A stretch of 64,000 nt of DNA, taken from the NCBI GenBank assembly GCA_951406725.2, contig OX597817.1, forward strand, positions 133,734,001 through 133,798,000, read 5' to 3'. The translations under genes and the position numbers were made by a program. The DNA comes from Octopus vulgaris (lineage: Eukaryota). Below are positions 13,865-26,140 of this stretch, piece by piece. Each line of letters opens with the position of its first letter. Position 1 is the stretch's first letter. Below the pieces are notes generated by a model. It was not told the DNA's origin. It saw only the letters and a program-made list of their open reading frames with translations, and ran no database searches.

Positions 13865-14239
13865 GCATTATATTTTTCATCACTTCAAAGTGTGGAGTGT
13901 AGGAGAATCAGCTGCTATTTCTAATAGATCAAGTGATCACATTGTGGTTGCAAGCAGTGGATCCTTTCTACAGTGTAGTGCTGAACTGTATGTTTGGTTT
14001 ACCAGTTGGCATTCGTTATGTACTGTGACAGCAGAATTGTGTCTGAGTGTTCAAGAGGTTACCAGGTTATTCGGGGAATGGACATTGGATTAATGTGACC
14101 TTAGTGCATGACTGGTACTTCTTCCATCGATCCCAAGAAAGATGCAAACAAAGTCAACCTAGATGGGATTTGAATTCAGGGCAGCAAAACATGCACTTTC
14201 TCCGTACCATCATCACCTCACCAAAAACTAATGATAATT

Positions 14240-14425
14240 CTTTCTAATTTTGATTCATGGTCAGCAGTTTAGGGGAGGGGTAAGTTGATTAGATTGACCC
14301 CCAATGCTCAGTTGGTACTATTTTTATTGAGACAAAGTTGACCTCAGCAGGATTTGAACTCATAACATAAAGAGCTGGAAGAAATGCCACTAAGCATTTT
14401 ATCGATTCTGCCAATTCACCATCTT
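14240..14425 (-). mobile_element. SINE family C copy
   Basis: Reverse complement of the 21429-type element (caaagttgacctcagcaggatttgaactca...aaatgccactaagcatttt...attctgccaattcacc). Confidence 0.7.
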
Positions 14426-15439
14426 AATAATGATGATGATGATGATGATGATAAATCATGACAATCGTAACAGACATTGGTAGTTATCTCTTTTGTATCT
14501 GGCGATGAAGGGCCACAATAGAATGACATAAAGTGGACATAAAATGATGATGATGTTGATGATGAGGGTAATGATAGCAATGGTGATGATGCTGGTTATA
14601 ATGACAATGTCAGTGATGATGATGATGATGATGATATGGAGGAGGAGGACTGATAATAATGATTTCCTAACAATGGCCCCCAAGACTACATATATTGGTT
14701 GGTAGAAGGTTAAGGGAATAAAATTAGTTCCATATTTGACTAGGAATGAAAAGTGAAGTGAATATCAGACAGATTTAAATCTGTACATGCAAAAACAAAA
14801 ACAAAAAAAAATATAAAGAAAAATGGGGAAGAAGGCAAACTGGAATGAAATACTATAAATTACATTTTGTCTCTCATTCTTCTGCCTACCTTCACAAACA
14901 AGCATATATTAACATCATGTAGGTCTTTTAATGTAGGTGATAAAAATGTAGAGTTATAATTTATCCATAAAGTGCATAACTGCTCCATAATAGCCTGACT
15001 AGGGTATCTGTCGTAACATTTCTCCATTGCATTCTTGGTTAATTTAGCACCTCACCATCGACTTACCTCTCAGCTCTGTATTGCAATTAGATTTCAGCTT
15101 TTATACATTAACTTTTTTTCTTTTTTTATTCATCAGCTGATAATTGTGGTCTCTGATGATCTTTTCACACTTACGTTGTACATGAGAAGAAAATAATAGC
15201 AAAACAAAGAACTAGACATGCTAATCTATTGAACTGAAAGTTTCACTTACACAAGTGAATTGTTCATATGTTGAAGAATTAATGGTTCGTATTATATTTC
15301 TAGAGAAAGGTATTCTGTCCTTGTTGAAATCTCTATCACCTCAGCTGCAACCTGCATCACACTAAACATTAACCTGCTCACTCAACATGCAATGGAACTT
15401 TTAACACAGAAACTACATTCATCTTACACTTTTTCCTTT

Positions 15440-15622
<183 letters not shown>

Positions 15623-16734
15623 TCCACTTTTTAAATTATGTACAAGATGGAGATAGCAGTAACAGAATGCCTTATTCTCTTAAATCCCTGAACTAAAAGG
15701 AATGGTTTATTGCCTGATTCTAGCACTAGATCTCTGTAGTTGAGTGTTACTTTTATGCAGTCTGGAGAAGTGTAACAAGAAGAAGCAGTGCAGTGTCAAT
15801 TATAAATCAATGTTCCGTGATGGATTGAGCGAGAGGAAGGAGATTAAACAGACAGACGGATAGACATCAGAAGATGTAAGCTTTGCAATATTGACAGCAT
15901 GTCACATCTGTGAAAATATTATTTCAATCATTGGAAAAAGCTAGTTTGGAAACCAAATGCAATGAAAAGCTGGTTCAATTTCAGGTGATCTCTCTGCTTT
16001 AATTTATTGAATTATAAACTTATTGACAGCAACATAATATACTAAAATGCATAGCAATAAAAGCAACAACAACAAAAAGGTAAGAACAAAAGAATGGGGT
16101 TTTAAGTTAAACAAATTATCCTGGGGTTGGTAACAATGGTGACAATGGTACTGCTAATATTGATATCAATAGTGGTTGAGGCTGTGGTTGTAAAGTTGGT
16201 GGTGGTGGAAGTGGTAGCAACAGTGATGGTTGTAATGATGATGGTGGTGGTGATATCATGGTAGTAATGGTAGTTGAAGTGGCAGTGACAGCAGTAGCAT
16301 TAATGGTTGTTGCAGTGTTGGTGGTGGTGGTGGTATTCATGATGAGAACTGTGGTAGGGATAACAGTGGCAGATATGTAGTTATAGAGGAATTTTGCTGT
16401 TATATACATTGTTTATTTTATGTATCCTTTTTCGTCTTCATCATCATCCTATCGTAGAGATTGATTGCAGGGGTGATTTATATTGATTTCAGGGTTGGTA
16501 TATATTGATTTCAGGATGGTTCAACAAAGTCCTACAAACAGAGGACATTGGGTAGCTTAAAAGTTTATTTTGGCACAGTTTCAATGGCTGGATGCTCTCC
16601 CGAATATTCAACACTTTACAGAGTGTACTGGGTGCATTTTTTCATAGTATTCCTTTTGAGCATTGGTTCTCATGTAGGTAATGGCCAAGACCTTTGGCAT
16701 TATGTTGTGCTTGAGAAGACCCATCAAGCCAAGC

Positions 16735-16957
16735 AAAATTGCAGTCGCAAATTGCACAAATGCCAGTGGCACATAAAAGCACCCATTACACTATCGGAGT
16801 GGTTGGTGTTTAGAAAGGCATCCAGCTGTAGAAAACCATGCCGAATCAGGCTGGAGTCTGGTGCAGCCTTTCAGCTTACCAGTCCCAGTCAAACCATCCA
16901 CCCCATTCCAGCATGGACAACGGATGTTAAATAATGAAGATGATGACGACGACGATA
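16735..16957 (+). mobile_element. SINE family B
   Basis: ggagtggttggtgtttagaaaggcatccagctgtagaaa...catggacaacggatgttaaataatgaagatgatg. Confidence 0.8.
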
Positions 16958-18539
16958 TCAACACTAGAGAGGTTGTCATAGCCCTTGGCATAACCCTAGT
17001 CTGCTCAACCCTGCATTGTCTCTGATTAATTCACCAATCACTTTATGGCTGTTTGTATGGCACCAGTCTGGCTGACATTATGGATGTGACAGGTATTGCC
17101 TCTTTCTTTCTAGGACTAAACTAGTGAACAAAGACAGAAATATTAATTTCTTGTGATTAGGTATATCATATTAAAGTCAGCCCCAGTTGACCAAAATAAA
17201 TTTCTTGGTATACTCCTTGGACTTTTTTCTATTCAGTAGAGTTATGTCATTTGTCCCAAAATAAAATCAAAATAACTGTAATGAGGTTTCTGCTCTTGAT
17301 CATGTAGTGAGTTGTGCAACACTGGAAGAATATTGGAAGTGTAATTCTTATGAATCCAGTTCCTGGAGGTTCTACCTATCTCTCCACCAAATCACAAATA
17401 TAAACTTTACCAGAAAATCATAAAAACATATCATTAATAACACATTGCCATCATATGCACATTATTCTTTTTTCTTCCTCCTCTTCCTCCTTATCATCAT
17501 CATTATCATCACTAGAATTCTATCCTTCTTTAATACATTACTATCAAGTAATATCAAAATGGTTATTCATTCCCTCCCTCCACATCCATTCCATTGCCCA
17601 CCCACTCTCTTCTTCATTAGGTTATTTTCTTTTCTGCTATTTCTGTCTTTATAACATTTCATTCCTCTAATTTATTTTCTCTCGGTGTATTCACTGTCAG
17701 TAAAATTATATTCTTCTCTCATTCACATCCATTTCTTCTACCTGTCAACTGTCATATTCTTTCTAGCAGACATTCACTGTCAGTTCCATTCTTACCAAGA
17801 CTCCTACCATCCATAGAAGAATGCCATCTTAAGTCTTTCACCTGATTTGCTTATTCAGTCTTTTATTCCACATTTTTCTCTCTCTATCTGCTTCAATAAT
17901 TCGAACAATCTATATTTTATTTATGCATTTTAATTTATTCAATAACTCATATAGAATAAACATGGTATGGTGGAGTGGCATCATGGTTGAGCAGTAGTCT
18001 TAAATACTAGGTTGTAGCAATGTGTTCAGCTCTGACTCTGATCCAAGTTCAAATTCTCCCAGCTTTGTCTTGCAACTCTTCTTGGTCAACAAGTGTATGT
18101 CTGTGATAAAAATCTTTTCTTATAAATAGGTGGCCTGGTGCATCAAACCCCACCCCCATTTTAGAGGACAAACAAAGGTCATAAATGCCATTCCTTCTCT
18201 ATGAACTTGGGGTGCCTTGTGCTAAACCGGCTTTTAGCACAAGGTACTACAAAGGTCCTGTCAGGTCTTCACCAATCTTGGAGGAACTATGAAGGTCATG
18301 AATACAGACTCTCTCTCCCTCTCCATTAAACAACAAAATTTAGCTCAGAAATTTGAGATGGTTATCTTACACACACACTGTCATGTGTGTATGAGAGAGT
18401 GAGAGAGATAATAATGATTACAGGTGCCAAGAGATTTCTACTAATTGCCTTCATTTTGGTCATCTCAGTTGTTTCATGGTAATCATACCTATGCATTCTA
18501 AACCATGAATATAAAAAGTGATTTAACATTAACTATATA

Positions 18540-18756
18540 CAGAGGATGGGCCAAAAACCACAAAACAGTTTCAACATTTATTAACTCCTCTACATTTTGA
18601 CTTAAGTTTACAATACCAGAGCATCGTATACAGTATATATAAGAAAATATATGTATGCTAGGTGTGAAAAACGTTTGGAAAGAAAGATGTGAAAAAATAA
18701 TTGAAAACACTTTAGCAAATGTTCAAACTCCTTTGCGACTTTTGACTCACCCTCTA
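18540..18756. mobile_element. Tc1/mariner-type MITE
   Basis: TA-preceded TIR cagaggatgggccaaaaaccacaaaacagtttcaacatt versus aatgttcaaactcctttgcgacttttgactcaccctct. Confidence 0.6.
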
Positions 18757-18828
18757 TGTATATATGTATGCATCTATCTATCTATATATCTATCTATCTA
18801 TCTATCTATCTTTCTGACTATCTATCTA

Positions 18829-18895
<67 letters not shown>

Positions 18896-19170
18896 GAGAT
18901 TTACAAAGGAGCTACTAGTAGTTTCTTACATCAACCATCTTTTTTCATCTCAGTTTCTTGTTATGTTTTCTCATAGACAAGTGGCCTGCTTTTGAAATAC
19001 ATCTAATGATATGCACTGAGCCTGAAAGATTGCTTGGAGATACATGACATGTTATATAAATCTGCCAATTTATAATTTATTGTATCTCTAAAGCATAACA
19101 CTATTAATAGCTCTTTTGTAATTTGTGTATATTTTAAATGATACCCCGAGCAGATAAATCTTTCGCCTTT

Positions 19171-19206
<36 letters not shown>

Positions 19207-19209
<3 letters not shown>

Positions 19210-19502
19210 CATCATTATCATTATCATCATTGTTTAACGTCCATTTTCCATGCTGGCATGGGTGGGTGGATGGTTTGACTGAGGTCTGGAAAGCCAGCAG
19301 CTGTACCAGATGCCAATTTGATCTGGCAATATTTGTACAGCTGGATGCTCTTCCTAATGCCAACCACCCTGAGAGTGTAGTGGGTGCTTTTTATGTGCCA
19401 TTGGCATTGGAGCCAGTCAGGAGACACTAGCATCGACCACACCTGGATGATGTATTTTATATGCCACCAGAATGGGAACCAGTTAGGGGGCACTAGCCAC
19501 AA
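19207..19502 (-). mobile_element. SINE family B
   Basis: (cat)n tail, tttaacgtccattttccatgctggcatgg, cagctggatgctcttcctaatgccaaccac. Confidence 0.85.
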
Positions 19503-20604
19503 CTATATATGTGTGTGTGTGAATGGATGGATGATGGATGGTGCACTGTTGGTTTTCACAACAAGGATTCAAATGTTCAGTCAACTGAATTTCTTGCTTA
19601 TTGAATTAACGATGTAATGAATTGTAATAAATGAACATTGTACAGGCAGGTGCACACGTCAGTGTGACAAAGTTGTACCTGTAATTTACTGTTACAGTCC
19701 CTTCAATAGGCTTCTATACAGTTTCCATCCACCCAGTTTCATTGAAAACATTCATGAGGAGTCATGAAGCATTACTTTTACATAAGATGGAAAGCAGTTG
19801 GATAAACGTACAGTTGTGGAGAAATTTGCTTCTCTCTACTGCATATTTCCTGGTTCAGTCTCATTGTATCATAAGCAAGTGTTTTCTGAGCTGAAGAAAG
19901 CCTTGTGAGTGGACTTGACAGACAGAAACTGAAGGAAGGCCATCATATATTCTGATATGTATATTTTTGTGTGCTTATGTATGTTTGTTTGTGTCTTACA
20001 GCCATCACATTGTGTGGTGGCTGTAAGCAAGTGTGACCGTTGACCAGGTGGTGACCTTCATTTCCAATCTTCCATGGAAACATGTTTGGTTAGGGATATT
20101 CATAGAATATGATGTTTGGTTAGGAATATTCATAGAACCAAAGTTGGTATAAGTAATTTGTCCATGATCATTTCTATCCTTGTTTACTTTTGTTCTCATA
20201 TTGTTGTGGTGAACCATGTTTGCCCTTCTGGCAAAACAACATTATCGTTAATGTTGGATGACTATGAAAGGAAATGTCTAGATCCAATATTCATTTCACA
20301 CACACTCACATAAACACACACACACAGACATGTACAAATATACACACACACACAGACACACACAGAAAAATATAAATTCTTCGTACTCCACCCCTTTTCT
20401 ATTTTCTTAGGTGGGAAAGTTATTAACGACTTTTCCTAATGGCTTTTATTTGAATTAATTGCATGTTGTTTTGCGTATACTTTACAACAAATGAAGGTAA
20501 CATCTTCCACAATTTTTTTTTACTGTTTTTCTTACTGATTTTCTTAGTTTTTGTCTTTTAGAGCCCAAGAGACAAATGAAGGAAACACTAAATCTGTTGT
20601 CGAT

Positions 20605-20608
20605 GTTA

Positions 20609-20655
<47 letters not shown>

Positions 20656-20704
20656 GTTATTGTTATTATTATTATTATCACTATTATTATTATTATTATT
20701 ATTA
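20605..20704. repeat. (TTA)n microsatellite
   Basis: Direct reading; flanks the Dong-like insertion. Confidence 0.95.
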
Positions 20705-20825
20705 CTTTTTTTTTTTCTTCTTTCAAATTTTCTTCCATTTCTTGCCGAGTGTCTTCCCGACTCCTAGGGCAAAGAAACTCATAGTGTATATTGGTAGGCC
20801 ATTAAACCAAACTCAGAAGTTCGTT

Positions 20826-20860
<35 letters not shown>

Positions 20861-21166
20861 AGTTAGATTAAAATACATGAGCAGCAACAGTTCTCACATC
20901 GATAATGCTCTTCTCAATACGTGTGATGTACCAGTTAAGACAATCTTTTGCACTTCTTGCAGGGATGGTAAGCCAGGGATCATTCTCATATAATTTTCGG
21001 TTCCCTTCTTGATCATTCCTAGTGCTCCTACGATCACTGGTATTGTAACCGCCTTGAGATGCCACATTTTCTCAGTTTCAATGAGTAGGTCTTTATATTT
21101 TCTGAGCTTGTCAAACTCTTTCGCTGAGATATTATGATCACAGGGGATGCTCATGTCGATCAATAT
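20705..21166 (-). mobile_element. 5'-truncated R4/Dong-clade non-LTR retrotransposon (restriction-like endonuclease C-terminus plus 3'UTR)
   Basis: Open frame 20894-21163 IDMSIPCDHNISAKEFDKLRKYKDL...IPVIVGALG...LQEVQKIVLTGTSHVLRR matches the RLE motif IDxxxPxD...KxxKYxxL...PxxxGxLG; (TTA)n on both sides, the known target type of Dong elements. Confidence 0.85.
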
Positions 21167-21209
21167 ATTATTATTATTATTATTATTATTATTGTTATTA
21201 TTATTATTT

Positions 21210-21800
21210 AGTCAGCGAACTGGCAGAATTGTCAGCATGCCGGGCAAAATGGTTAGTTGTATTTCATCTGCCTTTGCATTCTGAGTTCAAATTCTGTTGA
21301 GGTTTAACTTTACTTTTCATCCTTTTGGGGTCGATTAAATAAGTACCTGTGAATCACTGGGAGTCAATGTAATTGACTTAAGCCCTGCCCCATAAATACT
21401 AGCCTTGTATTATCATTATTATTATATTTAAGGTGGTGAGCTGGTTCAGTCATTAGCACGCTGGATGAAATGCTTAGTGGTAATTTGCCTGTCACTACGT
21501 TCTGAGTTCAAATTCTGCCAAGGTCAACTTTACCTTTCATCATTTAGAGACCAGTTAATTAAGTACCAGTTGAGTACTGGGGTCTATGTAATTGATTATC
21601 CCCCTCCCCCAAGTTTCAGGCCTTGTGCCTATAATAGAAATGATTATTATTATTATTATTATTATTAAGGCAGTGAGCTGGCAGAATTGTTAACACACTG
21701 GACAAAATGCTTAGTGGAAATTTGTCCATCTTCACATTTTGAGTTCAAATTCTGCCAAGGTCAGTTTTGCCTTTCATCCTTTTGAGGTCAATTAAATATA
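21210..21800 (+). mobile_element. Three head-to-tail copies of tRNA-derived SINE family C
   Basis: Starts near 21210, 21429 and 21667, each with box A-like TGGCAGAAT, box B-like GAGTTCAAATTC and ctttcatc...aagtacc; separated by (TTA)n tails. Confidence 0.85.
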
Positions 21801-21804
21801 TATT

Positions 21805-22025
21805 TCTTTATTGCCCACAGGGGGTTAAACACAGAGGGTTCAAACAAGGACAGACAAAGGGAGTAAGTCAATTACATCAGCCCTAGTGTGTAACTGGTCC
21901 TTATTTAATCAACCCCGAAAGGATGAAAGGCAAAGTTGACCTTGGCGGAATTTGAACTGAGAATGTAAAAACAGATGAAATACCACTAAGCATTTTGTCC
22001 GGCGTGCTAATGTTTCTGCCAGCTC
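21805..22025 (-). mobile_element. SINE family C, alternative-tail variant, inserted antisense into the third copy
   Basis: tttctttattgcccacaggggg...acaaggacagacaaaggg...ggcaaagttgaccttggcggaatttgaact; same variant at 55812 and 58408. Confidence 0.85.
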
Positions 22026-22549
22026 AACGCCATAAGCCCCTGTCAATTACTGGGGTGGATATAATTGACTCTCCTGCTGTCTTCAAAATTTCAGGCCTCC
22101 CGCCTATTATAGAAAGAATTATTGTTATTATCTTCATCCTCATCTGCTCAAGTTCAATCTACCTTCAAGTCCTATAATGACTGAGTGAATGAATACTTGG
22201 TAGGTAGGTGTTGGTGTGGCTTTCAAGTGACTATACGAAAGATTTGTCTCCAGATGAAACTACTCTTATTCATTAGTTTGGCTGCAAACTGGCAGAACCA
22301 GTTAGCATGCCTGACAAAATGCGTAATGGCATTTCTCCTGGCTTTATGTTCCGAGTTCAAATTCTGATAGAGTCAACATTGCCTTTTAGTCTTTTGAAGT
22401 TAACAGAATGAAGTGTCTGTCAAGTAATGCAGTCAATAAAATTGATGATCCGCTCCCACTAAAATTGCAGGCCAGGTCCCAAAATTTGAAGTAATCGTTA
22501 TTATCATTATTATATTATTGCTATTATTGGTAGAATTATTAATGCATCA

Positions 22550-22993
22550 TTGGGTGATTAATGGGGGTGTACATAGTTACCAGATGTTGGTTAGGTGAGC
22601 ACCATACTGGGCTAAAACTTCCAAAGAGTGATGCAAGCCACAAGTCTTACTTCGACTGCCTCATGGTACCACCTGGATCTGAGCCAACAGGGGAGGACAA
22701 CTGCGGTGCAGTATAAACAGGCTGCTCTGAGCAGATGGGGCTCGTTAGCTATGATCGGCAGCCTTTCTAGGAGAAAGACACTTTCAAATAAAACCTATAA
22801 CCCGAGGACCTCTTTGTCATCATCCCAGCTTACTGGGCCACAACAGAAGAACTCCATGTGTAAAGGGTGGGGCCTGTTCAGCAGAGACTGCACTTCACTT
22901 TAAAACTCCATCGCGCACACTGAAAGATCTCTATTTCCACTTTACAACGTGGACAACAGCCTTCCTAATCTTCATCAGTGAAGCCAAGACAAG
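22550..22993 (+). mobile_element. Non-coding retroposon, probably RTE-derived, with 12-bp TSD inside a SINE C head
   Basis: Exact direct repeat ATTAATGCATCA at 22538-22549 and 22994-23005; ends in (caaga)-like repeats. Confidence 0.75.
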
Positions 22994-23137
22994 ATTAATG
23001 CATCAGAAAAAATGCTTGATCGCATCTCTTACGGCTCTTCACATTCTAAGTTCAGATCTCACCCAGGTCAACTTTGCCTTTCATCCTCTCAGGTTCAATA
23101 AAATAAAGTACCAGTCGAATACTGAGATTGATGTAAT

Positions 23138-23529
23138 AGGCACATGGTTCCGGTTTCAGTCCTACCATGTGGTACTTTGGGCAACTGTCTTCTACTATAA
23201 GCCACAAGTTGACCACAGCTATGTGAATGAATTTGGTAGATGGAAACTGAAGGAAGCCTGTTGTATATATATATATAGATGGATATATAGATAGATAAAT
23301 ATGTATATATTTGTGTGTGAGTGTCTATGTCTGTCCCCCCACCACCATCACTTCACAACCGATGTTGGTGTTTTTACATATCCATAGCTTAGCGGTTCGG
23401 CAAAAGAGACTGATAGAATAAGTACTAGGCTTACAAAGAATAAGTCCTGGGGTCGATTTGTTTGACTAAAGGTGATGCTCCAGCATGGCCACAGTCAAAT
23501 GACTGAAGCCAATAAAAGAATAAAAGAAC
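23138..23529 (+). mobile_element. SINE family A nested in a SINE C copy
   Basis: Host C sequence gatgtaat resumes as caatcaactaaccc...ggccttgtgcccaaaa after the A tail. Confidence 0.85.
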
Positions 23530-23711
23530 AATCAACTAACCCACTTCTCTTAAAATTGCTGGCCTTGTGCCCAAAATTTAAAAGAATTATTATTATTATT
23601 TTAGTATTCTATAACCGAACATTAACATTATTTAATTTTCTCCCTTTCTTTGTGTGAGTGTAAATATAGTATAACTGAAACTTCATCATCCTTTTTATGT
23701 TTTTATTTATA

Positions 23712-23951
23712 TATTAGGTTGGTGCATAATTATTGCAACATTTTATCAACAAATTTTGTTCACCAAAAACAATAACAATATTTAACAAAAACATCTTTAA
23801 ATGACGGTCTGCTCGTCTGCCAAGCAAATGGGTACCAATAATTGAAATAGATGGTGAATATGCTCCAGAATAATCATTTAAAGATGTTTTTATTACATGT
23901 TCTTATTGTTTTTGTTGAAAAAAGCTGCCATAATTATGCACCAACCCAATA
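23712..23951 (+). mobile_element. Mariner-derived MITE with long TIRs
   Basis: TATTAGGTTGGTGCATAATTATTGC and GCCATAATTATGCACCAACCCAATA; imperfect inverted match extends about 90 bp; centre encodes RLPSKWVPIIEIDGEYAPE*. Confidence 0.85.
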
Positions 23952-23974
23952 TTTATTATTACTGCTATTGTCGT

Positions 23975-24175
23975 TAAGGTGGTGAGCTGGTAGAATCGTT
24001 AGCGTGCTGGACGAAGTGCTTAGCAGTATTTCCCCCGTCATTATGTTCTGAGTTCAAATGCTGTCGTGGTCAACTTTGCCTTTCATCCTTTCAGGGTCAA
24101 TAAATTTAGTAGATGTGATCAACTAGTGCCTTCCCCGAACATTTAAAGCTTTATGTCTTCAGTAGAAAGGGTTAT
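23975..24175 (+). mobile_element. SINE family C
   Basis: aaggtggtgagctggtagaatcgttagc...gagttcaaatg...gcctttcatcctttcagggtc. Confidence 0.85.
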
Positions 24176-24307
24176 AATTGTTGTTGTTGCTGCTAACACA
24201 GTAGCAGGTGATGTGAGAGAGAGAATTTGCTGTTATTTCTAGCAGGCATAGCAACTATGTAGTCACGCTAACTCAGGCCAGCAAGTTGTTCAACCTTGTC
24301 TGAATGA

Positions 24308-24347
<40 letters not shown>

Positions 24348-24754
24348 CACACACACACACTCACACAGACACACTTGCATTTCTATTTGCCCGTTTTTTT
24401 CCCGTTTTCCCATATGTTTCTGTAGTATCAAAGATACACTTACATACTTACATGTGTGCACATGCACATGCACACACACACACACACATGCACACACACA
24501 TATACACATAAATATATACATATACATACTCATATGTGTGTGTATATACTTAAATGTGTGTGTGTAGGTATACTCATCCATATAGATAGATAAATTTGAA
24601 AGATGAATGAATAGATATACACATGCATCTTTCTACATACATACATACTCAGATACATATCTATTCATATATGTGTGTAGCATATGACTATAAATATTTG
24701 TTGTACATGAATATACATGTATACATTTATATATTTGCAGTATATGTCTGTATT

Positions 24755-24820
24755 TCTATCTATCTGCCTGTCTGTGTATTTATCTGTCTGTCTGTCTCTG
24801 TCTGCCTATCTGTCTGTCTA

Positions 24821-24861
<41 letters not shown>

Positions 24862-24930
24862 GTCAGTCTGTCTATCTGTCTGTCTGTCTGTCTGTCTGTC
24901 AGTCTGTTTGTCTGTCTATCTATCTATCCA
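24755..24930. repeat. (TCTG)n/(TCTA)n microsatellite
   Basis: Direct reading. Confidence 0.95.
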
Positions 24931-24961
24931 TCACTATCCTCTCACTCTCTCTTTGTCTCTG

Positions 24962-25005
<44 letters not shown>

Positions 25006-26109
25006 TATATATATATATGTAGTATACAACTATCAATGTATATTTTCGTAATACATGAATAATACATATACATTCTGTGTGTGTGCGCATGTGTGTGTGT
25101 GTGTGCATGCGTGTGTACAAAAATACAAAAGATGGGGATTAGATAACAATGAAAACAGAGTAGGAGGAGAAAGATGCAGGATAAAGTAAGCTCTTAAATC
25201 AATCACAACCAGTCTATGCATGATAGGCTTGCTTGTGTGTATGTGTTTATATATGTATGTGTAAGCTTGTATGTGTGTGTCTGTGTGTGCGCTTGTATGT
25301 GTGGATTTTCGTCTCTGTATGTGTGTGCGTGTGTGTGAGTGTGTTTGTTTGTGTGTATTTAATAAATATTTCACATCTTCACGAGAACCTGTGACATTGA
25401 ATGAAATGATGGAGAAGGATCAACAGCAACAGCACCATCATCACCATCGCCGTCATCATTGTAATCAAAAGTGATAATAGCAATAATAACAGGAACAAAA
25501 AAAAATTAAATAAAATCCGCAATAGCAAATAAGAACCGAGAGACAAATGTAATTGAAAAGCCATGATTGGAGAATACTGTGATGATAATTTCGAGAACAA
25601 TAAGGGAGTTGCTGGTGTTGGTGGTGGAGATGACATTTGTGTGTGTGCGCATGTGCGTGTCCTAGTGTGTTTGTGTGTGCGTGCGTGTGCCTAGTGTGTG
25701 TGTGCTCGCGCGCGCGTGTGTGTTAGTAGCATAGATTGTGGCGTTAACAAGAAACTGCCAGTCACTGGTTGCTATGACAATTGCTGGCTTCTTTTAAGCC
25801 ATGCATGAGTACATGTCTGCAGCTATGCATATATGTTTGCATAAATGCAAACACTCAGTCATGCATGCATGCACACATGCATACATGCATATATATGCAT
25901 GCATGAACATGTTGTTTATAGAAGGTGGGTGGGTGTTATTGACAGCAAAAGCCTCACTAAAGTACAGCGGACATTTCATACGATTACATTACAACTGTGG
26001 AACAGCACACAAACGCATACATGTATGTATATATATATATATACATCACACATACACACACACAACACAAACACACATATATATATATATATACATTTCT
26101 GTGTGTGTG

Positions 26110-26140
<31 letters not shown>

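Noticed and set aside
15061-15250. Three minus-strand GTAAGT donor-like sites
   Set aside because: No convincing matching acceptors or open frames.
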